Position numbers and translations under genes: made by a program. Source: Clostridia bacterium (GTDB lineage Bacteria; Bacillota; Clostridia; Oscillospirales; CAG-272). Taken from it: a stretch of 52,451 nucleotides of DNA. The notes below the pieces were generated by a model. That model was not told the origin of the DNA. It searched no databases and worked only from the letters and a program-made list of their open reading frames with translations. The DNA lies in the NCBI GenBank assembly GCA_017440665.1, contig JAFSGU010000059.1:1-52451 (forward strand). The letters run 5' to 3'. This document shows positions 38,344 to 46,487 of this stretch, piece after piece. Position 1 is the stretch's first letter. Every line of letters starts with the position of its first letter.

Positions 38344-39579
38344 TTGAAAAAACAAAAGCTGAAGAGACGGACATACAGACCCGTTTCAAAGAAAGTTAAA
38401 ACCGTAAAGAAGATCGTATGGCGTATTCTGTTCGTTCTCATCTGTGCCGCGGCGCTTTGCGTTTTCTCTGTGTATCTGGGGTCATGGCTGAAGGAAAGAG
38501 CGGCTCAGATCGACGGTATTCTGCAGGCGGACACCCAGCAGAGCGAAAGTGTGTCTGAGGAGACTCTCCCTCCCCCGACAGAAGCTCCCGAAGAAGGAGT
38601 GCCCGCTCGTGCGGCATATCTTGACGTTCTCGGAATGTCCGGCGCTGATATTGAAAAGTATATTTATAACCTTCACGAAAGCTATAACACGGTAAGCATT
38701 GATATCACGTCAGAGGACGGTAAGCTGGTTTACGTCTCTCCCGCACTTCTTGAGTACGTCAAGCTTGATCCGTCAGCCGTGACCGCTTCTCCCGTTGTGG
38801 GCAGTGTGAAGGGGGATGACGGAGAATATACCGAGTACGAGATCGACGTGCTTTCCAATATCAAGACGGCACTTGATGCGGCAAAGAGAAAAGATCTCCG
38901 CGTTTGTGCAGTGTATTCCACTACCTCTGCCGTGATGCAGAGCGAGGCATACGAGAGCGCGTGGGATATCGATGCTGTCGTTGCAAGCGAGCTTTACAGC
39001 CTCGGCTTTGACGAGGTGATGATCGACGGCCTGTTTTCAGAGGAGCATCCTCTTGACGCAGAGAACGTGAACAGAGCTGTACGGTATACTGCGGAGCTTA
39101 AAAACAGGGCGGAAGGCTTTGATATAGGTCTTGTAATTCCCGAGGAGGCTGTTTTTGTACCCGCTAATGCCAGCATTGTCAATATGCTCTCGGAATATAC
39201 CGATTTCTTATGTGTGTACGTTTCGGGAGAGGGCGCAGATGCTGAAGAAGCTTATTCTGTAGCGTACGAGGAATTCCATTCCGTAAAGGGCGCACTTTCT
39301 GCATATAACGTGAGAGCTGTCATACTTAACGGGGATGGGGAACGGGCGGCGGCTGTAGCCACTGCACTTACTGATCTGACGTCTGTCGGCGTACAGTTCA
39401 CCTGTGAGGTCACCTCTCCCGTATATTCACCCGAGAGTGCAGATGATACTGACGAAACGGAGACTGAGTATCCTGCGGACACGGGCTATAATGAAAACGC
39501 AAACAGGAAAGACGATTATACAAATGATACCGAATATAAAGAAGAAACGGCAGAGCAGGATACGGGAGCGATCGACTGA
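38344..39579 (+). CDS. membrane-anchored putative glycoside-hydrolase-like protein (DUF4015-like)
   Basis: Basic N-terminus plus TM helix; YNTVSIDITSEDGKLVY.S and LGFDEVMID motifs; acidic tail. Confidence 0.6.
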   Translation: MKKQKLKRRTYRPVSKKVKTVKKIVWRILFVLICAAALCVFSVYLGSWLKERAAQIDGILQADTQQSESVSEETLPPPTEAPEEGVPARAAYLDVLGMSGADIEKYIYNLHESYNTVSIDITSEDGKLVYVSPALLEYVKLDPSAVTASPVVGSVKGDDGEYTEYEIDVLSNIKTALDAAKRKDLRVCAVYSTTSAVMQSEAYESAWDIDAVVASELYSLGFDEVMIDGLFSEEHPLDAENVNRAVRYTAELKNRAEGFDIGLVIPEEAVFVPANASIVNMLSEYTDFLCVYVSGEGADAEEAYSVAYEEFHSVKGALSAYNVRAVILNGDGERAAAVATALTDLTSVGVQFTCEVTSPVYSPESADDTDETETEYPADTGYNENANRKDDYTNDTEYKEETAEQDTGAID

Positions 39580-39592
39580 ATCCGAAACGCTG

Positions 39593-40597
39593 ATGACTGA
39601 CCCCGTGAGCGGGGTATCAGCCGAAGCGTTTGCGGCACTTTCGGCATCAAAGCCGCTGCTGTTTCTTGACAGAAACGCAAATATTACAGATACGAGTGCA
39701 AAATACAAGTCCTGTCACGGCAAAATATGTGACAGGACTGTTTTGCAAGGTGCCGTCGGGGACGGCTATGAGCTTTTCCGCGCCATGTGCCGCGGTACTT
39801 CGGAGAGAGGACAGGAATGCTCTCACGTGTTCCGCTTGGATCTGTATTGTTACAGATATGCGGTGTTGTACCGTCTTGACGTCTGCGGCGAGGCAGTAAA
39901 CGTGCTTTGCCTTGCAAAGAACGAAGCAGAGCTTGACTGCTGCCGTGCATCAAATGAAACAGCGGGAGTACCGTGGGGTCCCTGCGACGTAGCTACGATG
40001 CCGTCTGTCTTATGTGAAGAGGACGACATGAGCGCTTACGAGGCGTATCTTGTAGCACGGGGACTTGCAGAAAGGTGGGGCAGACGGCTGACATGTTCCA
40101 AGATCAGCTTCAGCGGATATGCAGATGACAGAAGCTCATCTCACGTGGAGGGGCTGAGCCCGAGTGCTTTTTCACTTACCGTGATGTCGGTCATAAAACT
40201 GCTGGACGCTTCTACTGACAGCAGAATGATAAAAATATGCTTCTACGGAGGAAGTGCGGTACAGATGGAAGCGTCGACCGACGCACTGTCGTTTTTCGGC
40301 GTTTCACGGTATTCGGGACGTCTTACCGGGCTTTTGTCCTGCGTCACGGAAGGTACCGTGCCTCTTATATGTGCGGTGCTTGCGGCTGAAAGTGCAGGGC
40401 TTACCGCAGAGGCGGAGGTTTGCGACGGTATGATCAGTATCGTGTTATCCTCGACAGGTGCGCAGTATCCCGCCATGGATTTCAAGTTCGACGATATCCC
40501 GGATAGGATCGATAAGCTGTTCGATAAAGCTTCGGTACTGCTGTCAGCGGCATCAGACATCACTTTGCCGCAAGAAGGAGCAGAAGGAGAAGAGTGA
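39593..40597 (+). CDS. hypothetical protein
   Basis: Long ORF 39404..40597; non-overlapping ATG at 39593; no family recognised. Confidence 0.55.
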   Translation: MTDPVSGVSAEAFAALSASKPLLFLDRNANITDTSAKYKSCHGKICDRTVLQGAVGDGYELFRAMCRGTSERGQECSHVFRLDLYCYRYAVLYRLDVCGEAVNVLCLAKNEAELDCCRASNETAGVPWGPCDVATMPSVLCEEDDMSAYEAYLVARGLAERWGRRLTCSKISFSGYADDRSSSHVEGLSPSAFSLTVMSVIKLLDASTDSRMIKICFYGGSAVQMEASTDALSFFGVSRYSGRLTGLLSCVTEGTVPLICAVLAAESAGLTAEAEVCDGMISIVLSSTGAQYPAMDFKFDDIPDRIDKLFDKASVLLSAASDITLPQEGAEGEE

Positions 40598-40961
40598 CGT
40601 CATAGGTGCTCTCACCTTTTTCCGAAATAAGCAGTATGAGGCAGATGATAAGTATGTCCTCGTAGCCTCGCGGAGTCAGATCAGAGAGGGAGAACACATG
40701 CGATGGTGCCGCCTCACCTGGGTTTGCAGGCGAAGCCGATTGGTTTTCTGCATTTGACGAACATGCTTCTTCGGGCGTGACCGATGCTTTTTTGCCGACG
40801 CTCACGTCCTCTTCAGGAGCTTCGGGACGGTGCCTGAAACGGCTGCCGTCGTATCTTGGAGGCAGATTGTATCTGTAAAGCTCATATTCATCGTCGCTCA
40901 CGTCCGTGAAACCGTCACGGTCACGGTGGTCGTATGTGGCATTTTTGTATCTGCTGTACAC
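40560..40961 (-). CDS. hypothetical protein, probably sporulation-associated
   Basis: AAGGAG RBS with GTG start; LPP.YDG motif and C-terminal EDILII.LILL.....D..LLLLLLL. Confidence 0.7.
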   Translation of the reverse strand: MYSRYKNATYDHRDRDGFTDVSDDEYELYRYNLPPRYDGSRFRHRPEAPEEDVSVGKKASVTPEEACSSNAENQSASPANPGEAAPSHVFSLSDLTPRGYEDILIICLILLISEKGESTYDVTLLLLLLLAAK

Positions 40962-41015
40962 GTTTTTTCTCCTTTACGTTACACCGTCCCGTGGACGGTC
41001 AGATGTGCGGAACGG

Positions 41016-41420
41016 TCATTTGCCATTGTCAGCTCCGCCTCCGTTTTTCAGCACGTCAAGTATTCCCGTCATTCCCGAGAGGGAAGTGAACGTGTCTATC
41101 ATATTCTGCCTTTCGGGACTGAGATACGGCTTCAGCGCGGAAAGCAACTGATTCCGCCTTTTGACATCGGGAGAATCTGCCCCGCCGCTTTTGCCGAGAC
41201 TGTTTAAAAGAGGCGCCACCGATGAAATAAGAGAAGAGACGTCCGTCGGATCTTTTTCTGCGTTTGTTTCAGTCGGGGGTGAAGGTACGGCTTCGTTCAG
41301 GCTTTCCGATGAAAGCATCCCCTGCTTCAGCTTTTGTACCATTTCCATAGCCCCGGGGTCGCTCATCAGCTTTTCGATCATCCGTGAAAGGTCTGCGTTG
41401 TTATCCATTATTTCTTCCAC
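41016..41420 (-). CDS. hypothetical protein, probably sporulation-associated
   Basis: L.S.P..M..V N-terminus and R.QLL.ALKPYLS.ER...ID motif; start probably ATG at 41408. Confidence 0.75.
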   Translation of the reverse strand: MEEIMDNNADLSRMIEKLMSDPGAMEMVQKLKQGMLSSESLNEAVPSPPTETNAEKDPTDVSSLISSVAPLLNSLGKSGGADSPDVKRRNQLLSALKPYLSPERQNMIDTFTSLSGMTGILDVLKNGGGADNGK

Positions 41421-41646
41421 CTGCTTTCTTGCCCAGCTTATACTGTTCTATAAGCTCACATGCTCTGCTGATATCTCCGTCGGTTACTTGACTCAGCATG
41501 TGCCTCAGTCCCGCGATTGTACATGCGTCCGTCCGCTTTGATGGGAACTCACCTTTGGATATCACCCGCATCATCCCGACGAGCTGTTCATCGGGTAAGC
41601 TTAAAAGGCTGTCGAGAGCCTTTTTGTCAAATTTCAATAGTGTCAC
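41401..41646 (-). CDS. hypothetical protein
   Basis: AAAGGA RBS with GTG start; first gene of an overlapping run. Confidence 0.6.
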   Translation of the reverse strand: MTLLKFDKKALDSLLSLPDEQLVGMMRVISKGEFPSKRTDACTIAGLRHMLSQVTDGDISRACELIEQYKLGKKAGGRNNG

Positions 41647-41675
41647 CGTCCTTTTGTGAGTAAAGGTTTCCTTAA

Positions 41676-41704
41676 AGTATATGTGGACACCGCTGAGATA
41701 GAAC
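41676..41704 (-). promoter_or_regulatory. putative sigma-E promoter
   Basis: GTTCTA-15bp-CATATACT on the minus strand. Confidence 0.5.
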
Positions 41705-41758
41705 GTCTATAGCATAAACATGATTTAGTCAAATGCCTATATGGATACAGGAGTAATT

Positions 41759-42238
41759 ATGAAAATACTTGTTTTTTCCGATTCCCACGGCAACACCTCG
41801 CGAATGAAGGAGATAATCTCCATGCACGGCGCGTCGTGCAAATTGATAATACATCTGGGTGACGGCGTGAGAGATATTTCCTACGTTTCGTCATTTTTTC
41901 CCGAGATACCCGTCATATCCCTTAACGGAAACGGCGAAAGCCTGAAGCGGGACGTCCGTATATTCGATGAGTGCGGCGTAAGATTTATGTGTATGCACGG
42001 GCATAGCTATAACGTGAAATTCGGCATTGACCGTGCGGTGTATGCTGCAATGGAAGCAGAAGCGGATGTTTTGCTGTACGGTCATACTCATACTCCCCAC
42101 GATACGTCGGTCCCCTATGAAAACGGAAAATATCTGAAGGTGTTCAATCCCGGCTCTGTCGGCAAAGGATATCCGCCGTCCTACGGAATTGTGGAAATAT
42201 CCCGCGGACAAGTGCTGACGTCCCACGGAAAGTATTAA
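41759..42238 (+). CDS. YfcE/MJ0936-family metallophosphoesterase
   Basis: SDSHG, HLGD, GN, HGH, GHTH, NPGS motifs; AGGAG RBS. Confidence 0.92.
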   Translation: MKILVFSDSHGNTSRMKEIISMHGASCKLIIHLGDGVRDISYVSSFFPEIPVISLNGNGESLKRDVRIFDECGVRFMCMHGHSYNVKFGIDRAVYAAMEAEADVLLYGHTHTPHDTSVPYENGKYLKVFNPGSVGKGYPPSYGIVEISRGQVLTSHGKY

Positions 42239-42243
42239 ATACG

Positions 42244-42268
42244 TCCCGCCCTCTCGGCGGGATTTTTT
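42244..42268 (+). terminator. intrinsic terminator
   Basis: TCCCGCC/GGCGGGA stem plus T6. Confidence 0.8.
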
Positions 42269-42351
42269 ATTCCCGTGCCATTTCGGGGCATTTGGTAATT
42301 ATATCCAAACTTATATGGTAAAATTTGGTTACAATTTATCGTCCGTGCTTA

Positions 42352-42380
42352 TTGCAATTTCTTCCAAATTATGGTAGAAT
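42352..42380 (+). promoter_or_regulatory. sigma-A promoter of spo0A
   Basis: TTGCAA-17bp-TAGAAT with TG extension. Confidence 0.7.
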
Positions 42381-42497
42381 AATTGCAAGCAATACCAAAT
42401 AATGGAAAATAAAAGACGGCGGGCAGGGTGAACACCGTCCCACGTTCCGAAATTTGTACATATTAGGTCAACCAAAAGAAAGGCTTGGGGGAGAAAA

Positions 42498-43283
42498 ATG
42501 AATCAGGAAATACGTATTTTGATCGCAGACGAGAATGCAGAGACAAGGAAGAACATCCGCGACGTGCTTGACGGAGGCGGACGCTTTGCAGTTACGGAAA
42601 CGGACAACGGGAACACGGCATACGATAAGATAAAAAACGGAGGCTTTGACATCGTTATATGCGACGCATGGCTGACGGGTATCGACGGAGTGTCGCTTAT
42701 CAGACGTTGCTCCGAGCTTAAGGGCGCGATACCGACTTTTATACTCGTGACACAGATGGCAAGCAGAAATATCTTTGTTGAGGCAAACCGCGCGGGGGCT
42801 GAGCTGTGCCTTACAAAGCCGATCGACTATACTACCTTTGCGTCTCAGCTTGAGACTATCTGCCGTAACAGGGGCTACGTTAAAAACATCAGCGGAGGCA
42901 GGGAAAAGCTGTCCCTTCCCATATCTCAGGACGATATCGAATCTCAGGTGACGAAGATAATCCATCAGATAGGCGTGCCCGCCCATATCAAGGGCTATCA
43001 GTACCTGAGAAGCGCTATTTTGATGACGGTCAATGACAACAATATTATCAACTCCGTGACAAAGGTGCTTTATCCTACGGTGGCAAAGCAGTATTCCACC
43101 ACTACGTCGAGAGTTGAGCGCGCCATCCGTCACGCCATTGAGGTGGCGTGGGACAGAGGCGATATCGATACTCTCAACTCATACTTCGGATATACCATAC
43201 AGAACAATCGGGGTAAGCCTACCAACAGTGAGTTTATCGCCATGATAGCGGATAATCTGAGACTGAAATACAAGATAAAATAA
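42498..43283 (+). CDS. spo0A: sporulation master regulator Spo0A
   Basis: Receiver domain plus [51 protein letters not shown]. Confidence 0.96.
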   Translation: MNQEIRILIADENAETRKNIRDVLDGGGRFAVTETDNGNTAYDKIKNGGFDIVICDAWLTGIDGVSLIRRCSELKGAIPTFILVTQMASRNIFVEANRAGAELCLTKPIDYTTFASQLETICRNRGYVKNISGGREKLSLPISQDDIESQVTKIIHQIGVPAHIKGYQYLRSAILMTVNDNNIINSVTKVLYPTVAKQYSTTTSRVERAIRHAIEVAWDRGDIDTLNSYFGYTIQNNRGKPTNSEFIAMIADNLRLKYKIK

Positions 43284-43292
43284 TAGGTACAC

Positions 43293-43336
43293 AGCAGAGA
43301 GACGTTTTACGGAAAAGGCGGCTCTCTGCTTTTTTT
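43293..43336 (+). terminator. intrinsic terminator after spo0A
   Basis: AGCAGAGAG / CTCTCTGCT stem plus T-run. Confidence 0.75.
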
Positions 43337-43339
43337 CTA

Positions 43340-43369
43340 TTGACATTAAAGAAGAACTTATAGTATAAT
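43340..43369 (+). promoter_or_regulatory. sigma-A promoter
   Basis: TTGACA-18bp-TATAAT. Confidence 0.65.
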
Positions 43370-43419
43370 TAAAGTATAATTAAATCAAAGAATTACTTAC
43401 AAAAGAAAGGTACGGTAAA

Positions 43420-46257
43420 ATGAACGCGAAAAAACTTTTATCACTAATTCTTGCGGCGCTGATGCTTTTAAGCGTAGGTGCACTTGGGATCACTGCGGCA
43501 GACGACGCTCTTCCTTTTACGGACGTGGCGGAGGGCGCATGGTACTATGATTCTGTGAAATACGTTTACGCAAACGGGCTTATGAACGGAACGGGAAACG
43601 GAAATACGTTTTCTCCCGCTGTAGGCCTCACCCGCGGTATGGTAGTTACGGTACTCTACCGTATGTCAGGCTCCCCTGAGGCGGAATATGACGATTTTGC
43701 GTATTCCGACGTTCCCGACGGTGAGTTTTATACTCTCCCCGTAATGTGGGCGAAGGAGGCAGGTGTCGTTACCTCTACAGGTATGGATGACGTAGGCTTT
43801 GAGCTTTTCTCCCCCCTGCGTACCATCACCCGTCAGGAACTTGCTACCATGTTCGTCCGTTACGCGGCGTACGCAAGCATAGACACGGATAAAAAGGCGG
43901 ATATCTCCTCCTTCAAGGACGTGGCTCAGGTAGCGGATTGGGCATCTGATGCTATGGCGTGGTGTAATGAGGTCGGACTTATCAAGGGTACGGGAAACGG
44001 CGACATGCTCTCTCCGTTGATGACTGCAACCAGAGATCAGTTTGCTACCATCATTCACCGCTTCAAGACGACTGCTTTTGAGTATCTTTACAAGTACAAT
44101 GCTCCGAAGCTCATATCTCAGTTTACAGAGAAGGAATATTCTCCCGTTGAGGATGCGGATATCTACGTAGCAGTGGACGGTAATGACAGTAACCCCGGTA
44201 CAAAGGACAAGCCTCTTGCAACCTTCGAGGGCGCAGTTAAGAAGGTTCGTGAGCTTAAGAAGGATTCCTCAAGAGACGGTATTACAGTAGCCTTCAAGGC
44301 AGGAAACTATGGTATGCTTGATCTGGAGCTTACTGCTGAGGACTCCGGTAGCGAAAAATGCCCCATTACATATTGCGCTTACGGCGACGGCGAGGTAGTT
44401 TTCTCTAACGGATTTGAAATTTTCCTTGATGAGTTCAAGCCCATTGAGGACGGTGACAGATATCTCTTTGACGATAAGTCTGAAAATAAAATTTACAAGG
44501 TAGATCTTAAGGACAAGTCCTACGAGGGTACGCTTACACACGTTCTTCCTCTTTACGGTGACTACTACTTTGGAAACGGAACCTGCAACTACAAGGGCGA
44601 CGTTACCTTCATAAGCGGTCTTTATGACAGCGAGCAGAGCCTTGAGCTTGCACGCTTCCCCAATAAGAAGTCTGCTGACGGCGAGGACCAGTATATGGAC
44701 CTTGGCAAGGAGGTTCACCATCCCTTTGACGTTGTAGCTGAACGCATTTTTGCGAACAGACTTGCTACATATCACGAGTATAACAATATTCAGTTTATCG
44801 GTATGTTTGCCGCTGAGTATGAGTCTAACTTTGCTGCTATCGAAAGCTACAACAAGGAGACAAATACCATCACGTTCCAGAACTGGATATCCAACGGTAT
44901 CAGAGCGAATCCGGACGGATTCTTGCAGAACATTTCTGAAGAACTCGACTTTGAGGGCGAATATTGGTTAGACGTTGAAAACGAGGTGCTTTACGTTTAT
45001 GATCCTACGTCTGACGTTTATACTCTCTCTACCGCAGGAACACTTCTCAAGGTAACAGATGCGGAATACATCAGCTTCATCGGCCTTGATTTCAAGCATT
45101 CCATGGATGAGGGAATTATCGTAAACGGTAACAACATCACCATTTCCGACGCAGAGATCTTCGGTATCCACGGCTCATACGTTAGAGATACTGATTTCGG
45201 TACCTACGCGGTGATCCTTAACGGAAACAATAATGCGCTGAAGAACTCAACTCTCAGCCACCTTGGCGGCGGCGGTGTTACCATCAGTGGCGGTGATCCG
45301 GACTATCTTATTCCTTCAAACAGCGTGATCGATAACAACCTTATCACTCAGTTTGGTCAGGTATTCCAGGCATGGACTCCCGGTGTTCGTATTTTTGACT
45401 GCGTGGGAGCAACCATTTCCCACAACGAGATCAGCCATACTCCTCACCAGGCGATCCATTTCGACCGTGCGTATGAATACATTGACGGCGAGGTTCGTGC
45501 TATCGATAACGTAATAGAATATAACTATATCCACGACACTATTACTCACTACAGAGATGCAGGATCCATCTATCACGGTGAGTGTCAGACCAACAGAGGA
45601 AACATCATCCGTTACAACCTTATCAGTAAGGTTGGTGTCGGCGGATGGGGACTGTACCTTGACGACGGTATCAGCGGACAGACCGTGTATGGAAACATAT
45701 TCCACAATACGGGTGTTTGCGGTATCATGGGCGGTGCAGGACGCGATAATTTCGTGTATGACAATTATTTTATCCAGGAGGGAAATGTTCCTGTGGATAT
45801 GAGTCCGATGTCTATAGGCGCAAAGTATGCGGATATGCTGGCGGATGAGGGAGTTGACAGACTGTGGAGTTCAACATGGCCGGGAACCTACGGACAGACT
45901 ATGGCTGATATTCCCACCGATCCTGCGGCACTTAAGATCTGGCAGGAAAGATGGCCGGAGCTGTTTGAATGTCTTGATGAGAGAGACGAGATCACGCCTG
46001 ACCGTATTACAGACCGTACTCTTATGGTAAATTCTGCCGGCAGTATTTATAAGAACAATTTCGCTTACGGTGTCACAAGAATGAAGGATTTCAGCTTTGA
46101 TCCCTCTGCATTATGGTTCAACGAGGTTGAAAATAACGTTCTCTATACTGACGAGACCGATCCGCAGATATTTGTAAATCCTGCGATTGGAGACTATTCC
46201 GTTAAGCCCGGAATGGGATTTGCCGACAATCATTTCGCAGAAATCGGAAGGTATTGA
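43420..46257 (+). CDS. secreted SLH-domain + right-handed beta-helix protein (GH141-like), paralog 1
   Basis: Signal peptide; 3 SLH repeats (FTDV...W, TR motifs); YVAVDGND.NPGT, LARFPN, DAGSIY, LYLDDG; C-terminal IGRY. Confidence 0.88.
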   Translation: MNAKKLLSLILAALMLLSVGALGITAADDALPFTDVAEGAWYYDSVKYVYANGLMNGTGNGNTFSPAVGLTRGMVVTVLYRMSGSPEAEYDDFAYSDVPDGEFYTLPVMWAKEAGVVTSTGMDDVGFELFSPLRTITRQELATMFVRYAAYASIDTDKKADISSFKDVAQVADWASDAMAWCNEVGLIKGTGNGDMLSPLMTATRDQFATIIHRFKTTAFEYLYKYNAPKLISQFTEKEYSPVEDADIYVAVDGNDSNPGTKDKPLATFEGAVKKVRELKKDSSRDGITVAFKAGNYGMLDLELTAEDSGSEKCPITYCAYGDGEVVFSNGFEIFLDEFKPIEDGDRYLFDDKSENKIYKVDLKDKSYEGTLTHVLPLYGDYYFGNGTCNYKGDVTFISGLYDSEQSLELARFPNKKSADGEDQYMDLGKEVHHPFDVVAERIFANRLATYHEYNNIQFIGMFAAEYESNFAAIESYNKETNTITFQNWISNGIRANPDGFLQNISEELDFEGEYWLDVENEVLYVYDPTSDVYTLSTAGTLLKVTDAEYISFIGLDFKHSMDEGIIVNGNNITISDAEIFGIHGSYVRDTDFGTYAVILNGNNNALKNSTLSHLGGGGVTISGGDPDYLIPSNSVIDNNLITQFGQVFQAWTPGVRIFDCVGATISHNEISHTPHQAIHFDRAYEYIDGEVRAIDNVIEYNYIHDTITHYRDAGSIYHGECQTNRGNIIRYNLISKVGVGGWGLYLDDGISGQTVYGNIFHNTGVCGIMGGAGRDNFVYDNYFIQEGNVPVDMSPMSIGAKYADMLADEGVDRLWSSTWPGTYGQTMADIPTDPAALKIWQERWPELFECLDERDEITPDRITDRTLMVNSAGSIYKNNFAYGVTRMKDFSFDPSALWFNEVENNVLYTDETDPQIFVNPAIGDYSVKPGMGFADNHFAEIGRY

Positions 46258-46278
46258 TTTGTTCCTTGGAACAAATCA

Positions 46279-46443
46279 ATGAATTGCCCGTGCGGGCATG
46301 AATTGGCAGGGACCGTGAATTGCACCTGCAGTGCATGAATTGTCTTCGACATATATAGGACGGGCAATTCAAATCATAAAAGCATTAGCTTTCAATTCAT
46401 GAATTTGAAAGGTTCAATTCATGACGGTTTACCGTCAATTCAT
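46279..46443. repeat. Structured repeat element: 4x (A/G)TGAATTG, then 4x inverted CAATTCAT (first degenerate), with mini-hairpin spacers
   Basis: Direct copies at 46279, 46298, 46315, 46335; inverted at ~46365-46377 (CAATTC+AAATCAT), 46393, 46415, 46436. Spacers TGCCCG-tg-CGGGCA, TGCAC..GTGCA, TGTC-TTC-GACA, AAAGC-atta-GCTTT, TGACGGT-tt-ACCGTCA. Confidence 0.85.
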
Positions 46444-46487
46444 TTCATATATCAATAAATTAATATACCAACCAAGGAGACAAACAA

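Noticed and set aside
39593-40597. Histidine kinase call for the hypothetical ORF (PAS-like start)
   Set aside because: No H-box or N/G-box motifs recognisable.
43362-43383. 11-bp tandem duplication AGTATAATTAA at a promoter
   Set aside because: AT-rich and only two copies; plausibly simple slippage with no evident function.
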